This document shows, one piece after another, positions 29,117 to 39,018 of a stretch of DNA of 64,000 nucleotides (positions are counted from its first letter, which is position 1; every line of letters begins with the position of its first letter). The notes under the pieces were generated by a model. The model made no database searches. It was not told the origin of the DNA and worked only from the letters and a program-made list of their open reading frames with translations. The position numbers and the translations under genes are program-made. The DNA comes from a virus. Its lineage: Duplodnaviria > Caudoviricetes. The stretch lies in the IMG/VR virus record IMGVR_UViG_2974508059_000001, positions 128,001 to 192,000 of that record; one strand, given 5' to 3'.

Positions 29117-30373
29117 GTGGCCGCTGTATATCAAGTGCAGGCTGACCGTGCGTACGGCTTTAATCGTTCTACCCGCAGATGGGAAGCCGTCGACGTTTCA
29201 CGCCCGCTCAATCAACTGGTGAGCGACTACCAAACCTTCGAAGTGGGTCTGGAGTCATTAGATCGCCAATACACGTTCTTCAGCCAGTACCATCTGGCTG
29301 CATTACAAAACCGAACTGACACCCTGCAAGACTGGTTGAACGAACAAGCCGGTGTTGCGATTCCGACGCTGAAAGAGGGCTACCCGGTTCTCGAGTATAA
29401 CTTCGCGCATTACCAATCCCTGTTCTGTGACTTCCAACCACAGCCGCACTTATGTCCGCCGGGGTATCACTTCACGCAGGACTTTGCCTTAGAAGATGCC
29501 ACCGATGTAGTGCTGGAGCTGCCGGACGAATACAAAGACCAGTATCGTCACAATGTGCTGTTTAATGTGGCAGGGCAATGGGTCTCGCACCAGAACGACA
29601 GTGTGGGGGTAAGACTTAACGGTGCGGGTCGGATTGTGCAGAAATGCCACGAACCGGGCATGGGCTGTTTGGTATTAAACGATGTGGGGGAGTTGCGTAC
29701 CTATCCACTGAGTGGCTTAACGGTCACGCGATTGGATGAGACCCGCGACTTCTACAGTCGACTGATGGTGTCGCTGCCAGAAGACCTGACGGGGAAAACG
29801 GTGGCGTACGTTATCGGGGGGATTTTGCATTGGCTGCCTGCGTCCATGTACTTCAGCCAAAAGGCGGTGATGTTATCACTCTCGAACCTGAGCGTGTTAA
29901 AGCTGATTCATGAAACCCGGGAGTATTACCACTGGGATGACATCGGTGTGGATGACTTGTCAGTACCGAGCTCCACCTACCGTATCCTGAACTCCTCAAC
30001 CCTGCAAGCGTTGCTTAAACACGAGTCCTCCTTTATGGTGGTGATTGACACCCCGTATCTGGAGATTGATGAAGTGGCACTCAACCTTGCCAGTTCTTAC
30101 GGCCGGTTCCATTTACGTGACCCGAATGACATTGACAGTAAACTTCCGCTAGGAATGATTGTCAACGATTTCGGTAAGTGCGTAAACTACTGGCCAACGT
30201 GGGAAGAGGGGGAGTGGACGTTTCACACCCAAGAGCTGGACCGTCCGAATCTGGTGGCGTCTCATGCCCGTTGGAAGCAGCAGTCTGTGGTGAACGATGC
30301 CCAGCCGATTGCAACGGAACGTGCGTGGCGAGACACCCAAGTCTGGATGCGTCGACTCAAGGCACGCAAATAA
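29117..30373 (+). CDS. Putative virion structural protein
   Basis: GAGG RBS and GTG start; long ORF divergent from the fibre operon. Confidence 0.55.
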   Translation: MAAVYQVQADRAYGFNRSTRRWEAVDVSRPLNQLVSDYQTFEVGLESLDRQYTFFSQYHLAALQNRTDTLQDWLNEQAGVAIPTLKEGYPVLEYNFAHYQSLFCDFQPQPHLCPPGYHFTQDFALEDATDVVLELPDEYKDQYRHNVLFNVAGQWVSHQNDSVGVRLNGAGRIVQKCHEPGMGCLVLNDVGELRTYPLSGLTVTRLDETRDFYSRLMVSLPEDLTGKTVAYVIGGILHWLPASMYFSQKAVMLSLSNLSVLKLIHETREYYHWDDIGVDDLSVPSSTYRILNSSTLQALLKHESSFMVVIDTPYLEIDEVALNLASSYGRFHLRDPNDIDSKLPLGMIVNDFGKCVNYWPTWEEGEWTFHTQELDRPNLVASHARWKQQSVVNDAQPIATERAWRDTQVWMRRLKARK

Positions 30374-30546
30374 AAGAAAAAGCGCCCCACCCCTCGGAGG
30401 GTGGAGCTGTCCAATGGACAAAGTCGATACTCGTAACTGAACGCGTGTTATAGGGGGTAGGTCTAATTGGCGTCATCCAATGCAACTCATATCCCCACAT
30501 AAAGACTCAAGTGTACGTAATTTTTGAGACAAACAAAAGAAGGGTA

Positions 30547-30568
30547 CCCCACTCCCGAAGGAGTGGGG
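30547..30568 (-). terminator. Intrinsic terminator (UUCG loop)
   Basis: CCCCACTCC-ttcg-GGAGTGGGG on the minus strand, followed by a T-rich tract. Confidence 0.8.
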
Positions 30569-30577
30569 ACCTTTTAC

Positions 30578-31138
30578 TTATTTGGTATCTTGCTCTGAAT
30601 CCAGTGTAGTCTCTGGGGCTGCACCGGTATTCTGCTGTGGAGCAGTACCTTTTTCAACGTCGGCATCCTGCGCAACCGGATCAGGCTCTACAGCATGATG
30701 CTCGGTTTTACCCGCAGTTGGATCGGCACCTGTTGACGCTTGGTTAGCACGTGCGATGTCAGACTTGGCATTCGGGTCAATGTTGTCATTGCCCGGGAAC
30801 ACGGTCTGCGCGGTGTCACGTTCAACTAACGCTTCGCCACGGTTAACGTTTTCCATGCCCGCCACTTCTTCGCGTCGTAACGCGATAGCTGCGGCTGCGT
30901 CTTCCTTTGTCGCGTGTTCGTACTTTTTGGCACGGTCACGACGATACAGGATGGCTTCGCCAGCGATACGGTCTTTGCCGGTGTAACCGACAATTGCGTA
31001 TGCCTCAGCGCCGTTGTCTTCTGCCTGTTTCGCAAGCAGGTTCTCAACGCCGTCTGGGCTATCCGCTGCAGCCTGAACACGGTGGTACTCTTTCCACTCG
31101 TCCAGTTTAACGTCATCAGGTGATTTGAATACTTCCAT
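30578..31138 (-). CDS. DUF1471-like N-terminal domain plus acidic low-complexity tail
   Basis: SPDGVENLLAKQAEDNGAEAYAI...AGEAILYR. GGAGG RBS. Confidence 0.55.
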   Translation of the reverse strand: MEVFKSPDDVKLDEWKEYHRVQAAADSPDGVENLLAKQAEDNGAEAYAIVGYTGKDRIAGEAILYRRDRAKKYEHATKEDAAAAIALRREEVAGMENVNRGEALVERDTAQTVFPGNDNIDPNAKSDIARANQASTGADPTAGKTEHHAVEPDPVAQDADVEKGTAPQQNTGAAPETTLDSEQDTK

Positions 31139-31202
31139 TTCGTCCTCCAGAACGTTTAGTTGAAAAACAACTTTCCCCGCCCAGAACGAGCGGGGTTAAG
31201 TT

Positions 31203-31436
31203 TTACTCAGATACAGCGTCTGAGTGTTTGTAGATGATGGCAGAACCGTGCTGCTTGTTGTTGCCGCCAGCAGAGATGACTTTGAAAGCGTCAGCACCTT
31301 TTTCTTCGGCCTTGCGAGACAGGGCTTCAGTAACTTCATCCAGCGTGCTTAAGCCAGAAACCGACACGTGGCCGATTTCTTCGTATTCTGCTGGAATGGT
31401 CTCAGATGATTGAAACTCTTTCATTTTACTCTCCAT
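31203..31436 (-). CDS. DUF1471 (YdgH/BhsA/McbA-like) protein without signal peptide
   Basis: IGHVSVSG.STL..V..ALS.KA...GA..F.VISA.GNN..HGSAIIYK. Confidence 0.8.
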   Translation of the reverse strand: MESKMKEFQSSETIPAEYEEIGHVSVSGLSTLDEVTEALSRKAEEKGADAFKVISAGGNNKQHGSAIIYKHSDAVSE

Positions 31437-31506
31437 TATTGGTTGAACTACAGTGGGTAGCTAACATATCCTACATACAAATGCTCAGACCCTGTAAAAA
31501 AGAAGA

Positions 31507-31532
31507 GTCCCTACCCCGTAAGAGGTAGGGAC
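31507..31532 (-). terminator. Intrinsic terminator
   Basis: GTCCCTACC(t/c)C-ttac-GGGGTAGGGAC followed by TCTTCTTTTTT on the minus strand. Confidence 0.7.
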
Positions 31533-31827
31533 GCCTGCAATCTTTTTTTGCTGAAAAAAGTGGCTTTGCAAGCGACGGGTTGTGTGTAGTGCTACAAGTG
31601 TAGCCATCGACAGTATCGTCACAATACAGAGACCATCTGTATTTTTGTAGTCTATTGAACCATCGGCATTTCGCACGCACGAATCTGTCGCATAAGCTGC
31701 CAGTAACGTGTTGGGTTCTTTAATGCAATTTCAATACCCCGACGGGTACGGTGTGGCAGTTGCTTACACAACTTATCGACACGGGCCTTGTGTAGCGCCT
31801 TGGCGTCCATGAGCTGTTCTCCAGAGG

Positions 31828-32754
31828 TTAATGTGGTAGTCCGACATCATTACCGTCGCCCTGCTCTTTGTGCGAGTGTTTCGAGAACGTAATGTTTGCG
31901 ATGATGGCTTCGCTGACCGTAAACGTACCAACACCGGTACCTTTACCGCCGTACTTGAAGTCTTCGGTGACTTCGAGTGGGCCTTTGAACATCGACATCT
32001 CAGACGTGGTGAGCCAATCTTTGGTGGTCCACTGCATCGAGGCGGTTGCACTACTGATACGTTTCTCGCACTTCTCACTGATGAGTTTGGTTTCGAGGTA
32101 AATCGCTTTTTTAGAGAAGATGAAGACCTCCTCTTTATTGGCATTCACCTTGGACAGCATGGCGTTCTCAAACCCCACATCGTCCTCAATGGAATTAATC
32201 CAATACTTGTTACCTTTGTGGTCCTGACATACCCATGTACCGTCACGTGTATTAAACTGGTGCATAAAGGCGGCTTTCTCGCCATTCACCATACAGGTGC
32301 GCAGGGTAATGTGGCCTTCTTTGGGTGACACGTTCAGCATGTACGCATTCGAGAAGTCGTCCGCCATTTGGTTGGCAGGGTCCGCTGCCCAGGCGTAGAT
32401 GACGTTCTCCAGTCGCTTCACGTTCGAGATGTTAAAGTCCATCCAGAAATACATGTCGGTATCACCCAACTGGAATAGCATCACCGAGTCTTCTTTACAG
32501 ACATCGGGCGAGGTCACGCGGTTGGTGTTCCATTTCCACCACCGAGCACGAATGCTGTTGCCCCCTTTGATTTTCAGGTTGTCCTGTGACCCGTTACTGA
32601 TATGAGTAAATTCATCCTCCGACGTTTCTGCGTCGACGTTGGTCGGATCGACAAAGTTCACCTCAATGGCGATAGCGTCGATATAATCGGTACCTTGAGG
32701 CTTGTCTTTCGCCACAATACCGATTGAGTAAAACTTCACCTGTGAGTTGATCAT
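31828..32754 (-). CDS. Baseplate central spike protein
   Basis: N-terminal OB-like region, beta-repeat C-half, and terminal HxH (KHSHKEQGDG) iron-binding tip motif as in P2 gpV-type spikes. Confidence 0.7.
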   Translation of the reverse strand: MINSQVKFYSIGIVAKDKPQGTDYIDAIAIEVNFVDPTNVDAETSEDEFTHISNGSQDNLKIKGGNSIRARWWKWNTNRVTSPDVCKEDSVMLFQLGDTDMYFWMDFNISNVKRLENVIYAWAADPANQMADDFSNAYMLNVSPKEGHITLRTCMVNGEKAAFMHQFNTRDGTWVCQDHKGNKYWINSIEDDVGFENAMLSKVNANKEEVFIFSKKAIYLETKLISEKCEKRISSATASMQWTTKDWLTTSEMSMFKGPLEVTEDFKYGGKGTGVGTFTVSEAIIANITFSKHSHKEQGDGNDVGLPH

Positions 32755-32934
32755 GTCGGTCTCCTGTTATCATACAAACAGGTACCTCAGTTTTTACAGA
32801 TAAGCGATCTATTGTGTCTGAAATAGAACACACGGGGGTAGGGGGACTATGTGATACCCTTTGACAGGGGCGGAGTCTGAGGGACGAAGACGACTTCCTT
32901 TATCTTGGGTTTGGGTTTAACGAGGAGAACAAAC

Positions 32935-33351
32935 GTGGAAGCGGTGTTACGAGGTATTCGACACAAAGACCCGATCGAGATGCTCGAGGGGTTTGTCAAA
33001 GAGGTGTTGCCGGCAGTCTTACCCGAATGGGTAGTGGGCAATATTGAAACCTACATTCAAGGGAAGTTGCTCTACCCCTACACGCACATGATGATGTGGG
33101 AAACGCAAGCGCCGTTAAGGACGGTCGCCGGGCCGTTACTGGACGCTGTGGAGTTGGAGATTGCCCGCACGGGGATGTTGGTCTACGGCATGAACTGTCG
33201 GGGGATGGCACAGGTGCGCTTGGCCGACCACCCGCAGTTTACGTACGCGGTGCGGGTTGAGCTTGCGGTGATTATCCAGCCGCTAGGCCACCCACCGAAA
33301 CACCCGCTGCGAATACAGGCGGTGGTCTCGTTACGTCAACCCTTAAAATAA
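32935..33351 (+). CDS. Hypothetical protein
   Basis: GAGGAG RBS before a GTG start. Confidence 0.6.
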   Translation: MEAVLRGIRHKDPIEMLEGFVKEVLPAVLPEWVVGNIETYIQGKLLYPYTHMMMWETQAPLRTVAGPLLDAVELEIARTGMLVYGMNCRGMAQVRLADHPQFTYAVRVELAVIIQPLGHPPKHPLRIQAVVSLRQPLK

Positions 33352-33354
33352 TAC

Positions 33355-33374
33355 AGATAGATATCATCTTTGTG
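33355..33374 (+). promoter_or_regulatory. Putative early phage promoter motif
   Basis: AGATAGATATCATCTTTGTG; one of 4 intergenic copies. Confidence 0.65.
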
Positions 33375-33442
33375 CACTAACGTTTCCTAAACCCCTCACA
33401 TTGAGTTGGGTTGGAGGTTAGTTGCTCTAAAAGGATACTACC

Positions 33443-34099
33443 ATGGCTTTTTACGATGAAGACCCATCTGAATGCAGCTCCTCTCTTGCCCGTGACTACC
33501 CTGTTTCGGAGTTCTTCCCGTCGATGGAGAGTAACTGGGAGAAAGCCTCGCGCTGTCTCCAACCGATTTTACCCCGTTGGATTCAGAGTTTGATGTACGG
33601 GAAGGTGCTTTCGCGCAACAACGTCAAAATCATTCACCAGTACGAAGAACTCGCCGAGGTGCAAAAGTTTGTGTCGAAACAACTACAGCACAATCTGCAG
33701 CAGGAACTCAAAGGCGGGTCGCAGGTCACCGTGTCGGCGGCGTATTGCAAGGTGGAGATTAATAACATCGTGTCGTTTGGTGCGATGATTAATATCACCC
33801 AAATTAACAACCCGGATAAGCCACACCTCTGTCGCACCTTTGAAGGGTTCGTGAACTTCCAAGACCGTACCAAATGGGACATCATGGAAACAGCGGATGC
33901 AGACGACCGCAGCATCAACGACCCGGCATGGCTCATTCCCTCAACCCGGACCCGTCAGAACGGCCATCCCGAGTTCCCCATGGCGATGCGCCTTGACATG
34001 GCGGGGCAGTTTCTCGTGGAGAAAGGCTGGACTGCGTACCGGGTATTGGGCCAACAGTTATTATTAACAGTTGAGCTGGTTATTAAGAAAGGGCAGTAA
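33443..34099 (+). CDS. Hypothetical protein
   Basis: AAGGA RBS; followed by a terminator at 34110-34129. Confidence 0.7.
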   Translation: MAFYDEDPSECSSSLARDYPVSEFFPSMESNWEKASRCLQPILPRWIQSLMYGKVLSRNNVKIIHQYEELAEVQKFVSKQLQHNLQQELKGGSQVTVSAAYCKVEINNIVSFGAMINITQINNPDKPHLCRTFEGFVNFQDRTKWDIMETADADDRSINDPAWLIPSTRTRQNGHPEFPMAMRLDMAGQFLVEKGWTAYRVLGQQLLLTVELVIKKGQ

Positions 34100-34154
34100 C
34101 ATTCAGTACAAGAGGGTCCCGGCCCTCTTTTTTTCTTACCTCTAAGGAGCAATC

Positions 34155-34706
34155 ATGCTGTTACGTCGCTATAAAAAAATTGAAGAATTCAAAGCAGACT
34201 TTCCAAAGCAGTTAGCGCAGTTAGATTTTTCCAGCATTGAAGACAACATCATCAAAAGCGGTGGACGCCTGGCCGTGGCCATCGACGGTGACGCCATCGT
34301 ATCCATCTTTGCCGAAGTGCACCCCAACCCGATTGTGACGGTGCTGACCTGTGTGGCGAACTTTGCCCCGGTCATCGCCCAAGACCTGTTTAATGACTAT
34401 CGCCTTGAGCACAAGCTCGGCTTTTTGCTGGTTGATGTCCCGACGTGGTTAAACGTCGACGGTTCCGACCCGCTGTCTGTGATTTGTCGCAGCCCCCGCT
34501 CGACGCTGGGTACCCCGCTCGAACAGTTTCAGGTCAAAGACCAAGATAACCTGCGCAAGCGTCTGCGCCACATTCGCAACAGTAACCAGCCCTACGACTA
34601 CCAAATCCAAATCATGGGTTGGTCAGCCGAGGAGGTCGAGCGTGGCCGTGCGCACCTGTCTGCGCTGTCTTATGAGCCCGTACGGCATCAGTACGCGATT
34701 AACTAA
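34155..34706 (+). CDS. Hypothetical protein
   Basis: AAGGAG RBS. Confidence 0.7.
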   Translation: MLLRRYKKIEEFKADFPKQLAQLDFSSIEDNIIKSGGRLAVAIDGDAIVSIFAEVHPNPIVTVLTCVANFAPVIAQDLFNDYRLEHKLGFLLVDVPTWLNVDGSDPLSVICRSPRSTLGTPLEQFQVKDQDNLRKRLRHIRNSNQPYDYQIQIMGWSAEEVERGRAHLSALSYEPVRHQYAIN

Positions 34707-34717
34707 GAGGCAAACCA

Positions 34718-35254
34718 ATGAAGGTCACCGCATTTCTGGCAGTTCCCGGTAAATCTGATTCCCTGCCGGAACTCACGCCCAGTTACACACTGGTAAAAGA
34801 CGCCAATGCACTCAAGGCATCTATTGACCGCCAGCGCGGCGAGTCAAGTGACCCGTACACGCTGATTGAAACCGAAGTGAACATCAACCGTTTCTTCGTC
34901 AACGATCGCAAAGGCACTTACGTCAAGCTGCAACAGATTGAAGATTTGATGGGCCGTGATTTCGCCATCACCTTCGCTGTGCGTAACGAACACGAAGTGC
35001 AAAAGACCCCGCACTACAAAAAGATTCGCGAACTCAATCCGGGTGTGAATCTGCGTAGCCTGCTGAAAGACACCCTGCCGGTGCTGCCGGACGTTGACCT
35101 GTTACCGGGCACCGTGTTTGGCAACAAGCAGATTGTCGAGCGCCTGATTAAAGAAGGCTACGACGGAGCCAGCCTGCTGGGCAGCGACGGCATCCCGCAA
35201 TACTTTGTCTTCAGTGCTGAACAGCTGAAGGTCAAACGTACCAGCACCGTCTAA
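34718..35254 (+). CDS. Possible ADP-ribosyltransferase-fold (ART-PolyVal-like) protein
   Basis: C-terminal LIKEGYDG...YFVFSAEQLK motif. Confidence 0.4.
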   Translation: MKVTAFLAVPGKSDSLPELTPSYTLVKDANALKASIDRQRGESSDPYTLIETEVNINRFFVNDRKGTYVKLQQIEDLMGRDFAITFAVRNEHEVQKTPHYKKIRELNPGVNLRSLLKDTLPVLPDVDLLPGTVFGNKQIVERLIKEGYDGASLLGSDGIPQYFVFSAEQLKVKRTSTV

Positions 35255-35260
35255 GAGTAA

Positions 35261-35284
35261 AGGTTACACCTTCGGGTGTAACCT
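35261..35284 (+). terminator. Intrinsic terminator (UUCG loop)
   Basis: AGGTTACACC-ttcg-GGTGTAACCT followed by a T run. Confidence 0.85.
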
Positions 35285-35344
35285 ACTTTTATTTTTTACG
35301 TCTAATTTTCATCCTTTGGGGTATGTTTGAACGAAAATGATTTC

Positions 35345-35364
35345 AGATAGATATTATTTTCGTG
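35345..35364 (+). promoter_or_regulatory. Putative early phage promoter motif
   Basis: AGATAGATATTATTTTCGTG. Confidence 0.65.
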
Positions 35365-35478
35365 GAGTTGTGCATTACTCCTTTCATCCTAACTTAACTC
35401 GTCGCTATCGACAGGACCTCCCACATGGCCTTTGGTTCCGTGTGCCTGCTTCGAATCCGACACCCAGAGTATTACCGC

Positions 35479-36999
35479 ATGAACAACCAACAGAAATTCC
35501 AAACCATCGTCGAGCGTGAACTTGCCAACTTAAAAGGTAAGTTTCAAAAGAGTTCTGAACTGGCAGTGGCGCTGCACGAAGCCGTTGTGGCAGCCGCAAA
35601 GAAAGAAACTGATCTTTCTGTTATCCGGCTTTCAATTCACTCGCCCGACCTGAAGAACAATGTAACCGATATCAATGCCGATTTGCGACTGTGTCTTAGT
35701 TTAGCCAACGGGGAAGAATTAACCGCTTACATTGCCACCGAAGCATGGTTAAACGCCCTTCCACTTGAGTGGAGTTTCCAAGGCATTCTTCCAGGGCAGG
35801 TGACGACTACCATTGGCACGCTTCTCGTAAACATTGATGGGGCAAACAGTCTCGAAGAGGCGGCGCTAGTCGTTGCGCAAACTGCCGCCAAAGAATTCCC
35901 GGGCTATGTCATCTACCACACAATGGACCGTGACGGGATGTGGGTGGTCTATTTCCTTGAAAGAAAAACCACTAAAGTAGCGATTGTCGGTTCGTGGGCG
36001 TTAGCGGATTTCTTCCCGCGTTTAGCCACACAATCTACACAGTCTGCCATTAAGGTCACGGTCGACAGTATCCTGAACATGTTAACTCCACCACAAGAGC
36101 TGCAGGGGTTGGGTGGGATACAACGTTCGCCTGAGAACCTTTTCATCGCAGTCAAAACCTACCTGCGAAATCTGCGGGACTATTACCGTGTGGCGTTCCC
36201 GTTCACCTACCAAGTGCTGTGGGCAACCTCCACCGATAACTTGGCGAAACCGGTGTTGGAATTGATTGGCAGTGCTGAGCTGTCACTGGTTGCTGAAACA
36301 GATGCCATCATTAGCATCATCGAGCGTAGGATTGGCGATGATGCGGAACTGCGCGAGAAGTTCATGGCGCACGTGCGCAACCCCATGCATATCGCAACCC
36401 ACATCATGGTCCGTATTACCGTTGACGTAGGGGTTACCAAAACGTGGTTCAGTCCGATTGCGGGCATGGTTCGAGCCTCGGGGTCTTATGATGTCAACAC
36501 CAATAACCCACACCTGCCTTTGTGGGTCGTAGCGTCGTTCCGTGAGGTCATGACACCACCACCTCGGCCGCGTAACACACGCAATGCACTGGAAGACCAT
36601 GTTCATGACTCGGTTGAAAGGCTGGGTCAGGAGTTTGGTAAAGGGTCTGTCTTTGTCCCGTGTCTGAAGGCCAACATTGCGACACTGTGGGGTTCAGTCG
36701 TTGAGAACCACGCGAAGCCGCAGTTAGGTTTCCAAGCGCCGTACCGCATGGTGCGCACCATCGTTGCGGATTTTGCTCAGTGGCTCGACCACCACGGCAA
36801 AGATCTGATGATGTCTGATGACGACTTCTCCATGCATGTTGTGCCAGCGCAGTTCGCAATTGAAGTTGTCTTCACCGACCACAGGACAGGCCGTACCGAA
36901 ACCGTGTTGTTCACCTATGCGGATTTAGACGGGCAGATTAAAGCGGGTCTGGATTGGCACCCTGAAGCGCCAACCTTCTTCATCCCCCGCGAGTTCTAA
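35479..36999 (+). CDS. Hypothetical protein
   Basis: Long ORF; start uncertain (35425 or 35479). Confidence 0.7.
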   Translation: MNNQQKFQTIVERELANLKGKFQKSSELAVALHEAVVAAAKKETDLSVIRLSIHSPDLKNNVTDINADLRLCLSLANGEELTAYIATEAWLNALPLEWSFQGILPGQVTTTIGTLLVNIDGANSLEEAALVVAQTAAKEFPGYVIYHTMDRDGMWVVYFLERKTTKVAIVGSWALADFFPRLATQSTQSAIKVTVDSILNMLTPPQELQGLGGIQRSPENLFIAVKTYLRNLRDYYRVAFPFTYQVLWATSTDNLAKPVLELIGSAELSLVAETDAIISIIERRIGDDAELREKFMAHVRNPMHIATHIMVRITVDVGVTKTWFSPIAGMVRASGSYDVNTNNPHLPLWVVASFREVMTPPPRPRNTRNALEDHVHDSVERLGQEFGKGSVFVPCLKANIATLWGSVVENHAKPQLGFQAPYRMVRTIVADFAQWLDHHGKDLMMSDDDFSMHVVPAQFAIEVVFTDHRTGRTETVLFTYADLDGQIKAGLDWHPEAPTFFIPREF

Positions 37000-37008
37000 T
37001 ATCGACAC

Positions 37009-37028
37009 GGGCAACCTTCGGGTTGCCC
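37009..37028 (+). terminator. Intrinsic terminator (UUCG loop)
   Basis: GGGCAACC-ttcg-GGTTGCCC-TTTTT. Confidence 0.85.
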
Positions 37029-37051
37029 TTTTTCATGGCAAGGAGTAATCA

Positions 37052-37297
37052 ATGGAACTGGTTTATACCGATAAGAATCACGAAGTCATCGATAGCTATC
37101 GGGTGATTTCTTGTAGCAAGAATCTGGGCGACGTGGAAACTGTGGTCATCACGTCAGCGGGAAAAGTTGCACTGTTGTTAAGCAACGGACTCTCACAGCC
37201 GAACCTTTCGGACTTTAGCCTGCATCTGGCTCACTCAGACAAAGACCGCATTAACCGTCGTGTGAACGTCGTGGATAACCACGTACAGCCACACTAA
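37052..37297 (+). CDS. Hypothetical protein
   Basis: AAGGAG RBS. Confidence 0.6.
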   Translation: MELVYTDKNHEVIDSYRVISCSKNLGDVETVVITSAGKVALLLSNGLSQPNLSDFSLHLAHSDKDRINRRVNVVDNHVQPH

Positions 37298-37340
37298 CCT
37301 TACCGGAGACAGATGTCTCCTCTTTTTGGGATTACAAGCA

Positions 37341-37706
37341 ATGCGCAAAGCAGTTCTTTTGGCGTTCCTGTTGGTCGCCACCACCACCGCCGTTTCAGCC
37401 CCGAGTGTGTTACCGGCCGTGTTTAAACCCACCGAAGACTCTATGCCGGTTGACCCGGATGAAGTTGTTGTCGAGCTGGCCAGTAAAAGTGAATGGACGG
37501 TCTATCGTCTTGCCACGGTCACCAACCGCTGTACGGGTCTGGTACTGGCGAACACACGTACCCACTATTTCCAACGCTTACGGGATATCTCCTGTGACGA
37601 TGGTGTGACCTCTGCGCACATCATCCCACTGCGTCAGAATGGGGTGTACGCGGTGGACTTCTACAACGAGTCAGAGCTTATCGGACGCTTAACCGTTAAG
37701 CGTTAA
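37341..37706 (+). CDS. Putative exported protein
   Basis: Signal peptide MRKAVLLAFLLVATTTAVSA; two Cys. Confidence 0.6.
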   Translation: MRKAVLLAFLLVATTTAVSAPSVLPAVFKPTEDSMPVDPDEVVVELASKSEWTVYRLATVTNRCTGLVLANTRTHYFQRLRDISCDDGVTSAHIIPLRQNGVYAVDFYNESELIGRLTVKR

Positions 37707-37776
37707 ATTTACGTGTTCACCTCATCCTTTATAGGGTGGGGATTCCTTTATTTATTTTCCTATAAGGAAAGTCAAA

Positions 37777-38172
37777 ATGAAACGAGTCTTTATCGCCCTA
37801 GCGCTCCTCATGAGTGCATTCGCTGCCCAAGCATTGACATTGGAAGTGCCCGATGTTGTAAAGGATGGGGACGCTCCTAAATCTAACGCGCAGTTCTGGT
37901 GTAATACAAAGACCACCGCTACCGGCCAGTGTGAAACTGTGCAGGTTGACCAAACCTTTACTTACATCTTAGTTCACCAACCCGGTACGGAACAGTGCCA
38001 AGCCGGCCGTTGGAGCTATATCAACATTGATACCTCAACAGGTTATCGGGTTCACACCAAAACCAACACCTGTCGGGGTAACATCCATGCGAAGCTCTTT
38101 ACCGTGGATAACAAAATGGCGGTTGTCTTCTTAGATGACACCACCCCTGTTGAAATCGTTTACATTAAATAA
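37777..38172 (+). CDS. Putative exported protein (4 Cys)
   Basis: Signal peptide ending AQA; HQPG.E.C.AG motif. Confidence 0.75.
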   Translation: MKRVFIALALLMSAFAAQALTLEVPDVVKDGDAPKSNAQFWCNTKTTATGQCETVQVDQTFTYILVHQPGTEQCQAGRWSYINIDTSTGYRVHTKTNTCRGNIHAKLFTVDNKMAVVFLDDTTPVEIVYIK

Positions 38173-38190
38173 TCTTTTTAGGAGAAGTCC

Positions 38191-38589
38191 ATGTTTCGTG
38201 CCATTCTGATTGTTATTGGTTTTATCGTTGCTGCGGCTAACATCTCGGTTGTGCGTGCTGCCCCCTCGTTTGACGGTGTGTTGATTAAGCCCTACAAATA
38301 CCAGCCAGCGGGCTTTGACAAATGCTCCAGCAATCCACTTGTGGCGAACAGTTGCCGGGAAACCGAGAAGATGGAACAGTTCACAATCCTGCATCAGCCG
38401 GGCGGTGAAACCTGTCCTGCGGGCTACTTCTATTTACTCGACGACAAACAGCAAGCCGCGTCAGCCCTGCCCACCGAGGAATGCGACCCCTCAGTTGTAC
38501 TCAATTTTGTGAAGAACCCCACGAATAATCAGGTCTTCATTGTCATGTCACTGCATGGAGAGCCAGTGTCGAAGTTCACGATACAATAA
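38191..38589 (+). CDS. Putative exported protein (4 Cys)
   Basis: Signal peptide; HQPG.E.C.AG motif. Paralogue of the previous gene. Confidence 0.75.
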   Translation: MFRAILIVIGFIVAAANISVVRAAPSFDGVLIKPYKYQPAGFDKCSSNPLVANSCRETEKMEQFTILHQPGGETCPAGYFYLLDDKQQAASALPTEECDPSVVLNFVKNPTNNQVFIVMSLHGEPVSKFTIQ

Positions 38590-38601
38590 AAGGTAGGTCG
38601 C

Positions 38602-39009
38602 ATGTTCAGATTGTTTGCTTTGCTTGGGATATTAATTGCGGGGGTCGCACACGCAGAATTCGATGGGGAGCAAATTCCCCATTACCGTGTGAACAACGGC
38701 ACCCCGATGAAACGCTGCACAGTGGAAGCATTCAAAGATGGACGCTGCTTCGAGGTTGCCGAACAGGGCAACCTCGTTATTCTGGCGTTCGAGCTTGGGC
38801 CCTGTAAACTCAAACGACCAGAAGACTACGGGTATGTCTTGTTGAATACCCGCTCTAAACTGGTCACCCCATTGAACATCACTGGCGAGCACTGTGGCGA
38901 AATGCCGGTGCCACGTTTTAGTGTGTCGACGGATAACGAAGGCGAGACCCAGCCGGTTATTTCATTTTTTGCCAATAACCAACAGATTCAAACCTTCTAC
39001 TTGAACTGA
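38602..39009 (+). CDS. Putative exported protein (4 Cys)
   Basis: Signal peptide ending AHA; FDG..I motif shared with 38191. Confidence 0.75.
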   Translation: MFRLFALLGILIAGVAHAEFDGEQIPHYRVNNGTPMKRCTVEAFKDGRCFEVAEQGNLVILAFELGPCKLKRPEDYGYVLLNTRSKLVTPLNITGEHCGEMPVPRFSVSTDNEGETQPVISFFANNQQIQTFYLN

Positions 39010-39018
39010 GGGTAGTCT

